Assembly (NCBI GenBank): GCA_026414725.1
Contig: JAOAIL010000002.1
Span: 24,223 to 88,222 of the forward strand
From: a bacterium
Lineage (GTDB): Bacteria > Ratteibacteria > UBA8468 > B48-G9 > JAFGKM01
Direction of reading: 5' to 3'
DNA: 64,000 nt
Shown here: piece by piece, positions 62,286-64,000 of the stretch
How positions within the stretch are numbered: position 1 is the first letter of the stretch
How the letters are laid out: each line of letters opens with the position of its first letter
The notes under the pieces: generated by a model
What the model saw: only the letters and a program-made list of their open reading frames with translations
Told to the model about the DNA's origin: nothing
Database searches by the model: none
Program-made: the position numbers and the translations under genes

Positions 62286-63202
62286 TTTCCATTGTGTTCT
62301 CATTCAGGAATGAAGAAGAAAACATCCCAGACCTTATAAAAAGGACGAAAAATGCAATACAAAATACAGGTTATGAGTATGAAATAATTTTCGTTAATGA
62401 CGCTTCTACTGATAAATCGCTTGAAATTCTAAAGAGATATGCTGAAGAAGATACAAGAATAAAGATAATAAATCTTTCCAGAAGATTTGGATATAATCAA
62501 GGGCTGATTGCAGGGCTTAATTATGCCAGAGGAGATGCTGTTATAACTCTTGATGCTGACTTACAGGACCCTCCAGAATTAATACCACAACTTATTAAAA
62601 AATGGGAAGCAGGAATGGATATTGTTCATACAATAAGAAAAAAACGAGAAGGTGAAAGTAAAATTAAAATTGTTCTTACAAAGATTGCATATAAAATTAT
62701 CAGATTTATCTCTGAAGTTAAATTATTACAAGAAGCAGGGAATTTCAAACTCATATCAAGAAAAGCACTGAACGAAATTTTAAAAATACGAGAAAAAGAC
62801 CCTTATGTAAGGGGAATAGTAGGTTGGGTTGGATTTAAACAGGACTATATTTATTATGTCCGTGAAAAAAGAGTAAAAGGTAAAACACATTTCCCCTTTT
62901 TAAGAAGTATGGGACCATTTATGGAATTTATAAGTGGACTAACTTCTTTCTCAATTTTACCTCTGTTATACATCGTTATATTTGGAATTATTTTATTTTT
63001 TTCTGGAATAATTTTCTTAATCCTGTCAATTTTACATATTTTAGAATTCTGGCTCGTGATTATATTTTTCCTGTCTGGAATTATAGTTTTCTCTATAGGA
63101 ATTGTTGGTGTTTATACGGGAAGAATATGGAAAGAGGTTCTAAATAGGCCTAATTATATCGTTGAAAGTTTAATTAACATCAATGAAAACGATACATCAT
63201 AA
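62267..63202 (+). CDS. GT2 polyprenyl-phosphate sugar transferase (ArnC/GtrB/DPM1-like) with C-terminal TM helices
   Basis: 311 aa. ISIVFSFRNEEENI...FVNDASTD...TLDADLQDPPE (DxD/DAD). Two C-terminal TM helices. Confidence 0.8.
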   Translation: MDTKNLISIVFSFRNEEENIPDLIKRTKNAIQNTGYEYEIIFVNDASTDKSLEILKRYAEEDTRIKIINLSRRFGYNQGLIAGLNYARGDAVITLDADLQDPPELIPQLIKKWEAGMDIVHTIRKKREGESKIKIVLTKIAYKIIRFISEVKLLQEAGNFKLISRKALNEILKIREKDPYVRGIVGWVGFKQDYIYYVREKRVKGKTHFPFLRSMGPFMEFISGLTSFSILPLLYIVIFGIILFFSGIIFLILSILHILEFWLVIIFFLSGIIVFSIGIVGVYTGRIWKEVLNRPNYIVESLININENDTS

Positions 63203-64000
63203 AAAAATTTATTTCTTTTCAATATGGTTATGTGCTTTATTATTCTTATGGATTCCCTATATCTTCTCATATTTTGCCTTTATTGACGAGGCAGGGTTAT
63301 TCGCATCAGCTATACAACTCGCAAAAGGGAAACTAATATATAAAGATGTTTTTGAACCAAAAGGTCCATTCCTACTCTGGATTTATTTACTTATGGTAAA
63401 AATTTCTGCAACACACTACACATTAATACTCCATCTAACACTTTTATGTTTAATTATATTAAATTCATTTTTGATATATAAAATACTTCTCAAAGATATA
63501 AAAAGAGAATTTGCTTTTATAGCCTTTTTATATCCATTCTTCCTTGCTTGTTTTTACCCCGGGAATATGGCAGGCAGCAGGGAACCTTTCTTTACATTTT
63601 TTATACTAATAACATTTTATTTACTTTTATACTTTTCTCATAAAAATAAATTGGTTTTTTTAGCAGGAATTATCGCTGGAAGCACTTTACTATTCAAACC
63701 ATTTAGTATATTTTCTATATTATCCTGTGGTTTTCTTTCATACTATTACACAAAAGTAAGATTAAAACCTCTAATATTTTTTATTGCTTCTTCAATAGTA
63801 CCTGTTTTTTTTATTTTTTATCTGTTTCACAAAGGATTACTATCTGACTTCTGGTTATGGAATGTTAAATATGCCATTTTTATTTCAAAAACAATCCCTT
63901 TATGGAGAAAGATTTATCATACCCTTGCTATGTTAGGTAGATTACTATTGTTTAATCCAGTATATTTAATGTTTGGAATACCTGTAATATTTAACAAATC
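63183..64000 (+). CDS. second ArnT/PMT-like GT-C polytopic glycosyltransferase (partial; continues beyond window end)
   Basis: ATG at 63183 overlapping the GT2 stop. At least 8 predicted TM helices. ArnC-ArnT-type gene pairing. Confidence 0.5.
   Translation, partial: MKTIHHKKIYFFSIWLCALLFLWIPYIFSYFAFIDEAGLFASAIQLAKGKLIYKDVFEPKGPFLLWIYLLMVKISATHYTLILHLTLLCLIILNSFLIYKILLKDIKREFAFIAFLYPFFLACFYPGNMAGSREPFFTFFILITFYLLLYFSHKNKLVFLAGIIAGSTLLFKPFSIFSILSCGFLSYYYTKVRLKPLIFFIASSIVPVFFIFYLFHKGLLSDFWLWNVKYAIFISKTIPLWRKIYHTLAMLGRLLLFNPVYLMFGIPVIFNK

Overview
This is a low-GC (~33-35%), gene-dense bacterial chromosomal segment, with almost every gene on the + strand from 4.1 kb onward. The organism is a diderm: LptD, Skp/OmpH and secretins are present. 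Codon usage and gene content suggest an uncultivated low-GC lineage, but I cannot assign it from sequence alone. The first ~39 kb is housekeeping: lipA, dcd, mnmE, rph, rdgB, rpmE, prfA-prmC, murA, dapB-dapL, purE, fba-pfkA-ilvD-thiC-def, nadB, proBA, nadD, pheST, and four tRNAs (Ala-GGC, two CAU tRNAs, Gln-UUG). Positions 39.4-49.7 kb hold a co-oriented type IV pilus / type II secretion-like trans-envelope operon. It contains a fused PilM-PilN (GspL-like) protein, a PilO/GspM-like protein, a PilP/GspC-like protein with a long Lys/Glu-rich cytoplasmic arm, two different secretins (one PilQ-like, one GspD-like) separated by an exported HEAT-repeat protein, and a GspE/PilB ATPase. No platform protein or pilins are in the window. 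This operon is the most unusual system here. Positions 49.8-64 kb are a cell-envelope glycan locus: a GlmU-N-terminal-like nucleotidyltransferase, prs, an SDR epimerase/dehydratase, two ArnT/PMT-like GT-C transferases (one TPR-fused), an ArnC-like GT2, Wzm/Wzt ABC exporter, a GHMP sugar kinase, a split transketolase and a GT2 fusion protein. It is interrupted by a HEPN/MNT toxin-antitoxin pair and a GbsR/MarR-like regulator. Further observations are a 27-codon extremely basic small ORF with a strong Shine-Dalgarno sequence, a perfect TTGACG-17-TATAAT promoter before fba, a promoter plus perfect palindrome before an SPFH gene, and a nadB plus gltD-like pair. I found no CRISPR array, IS element or integrase.
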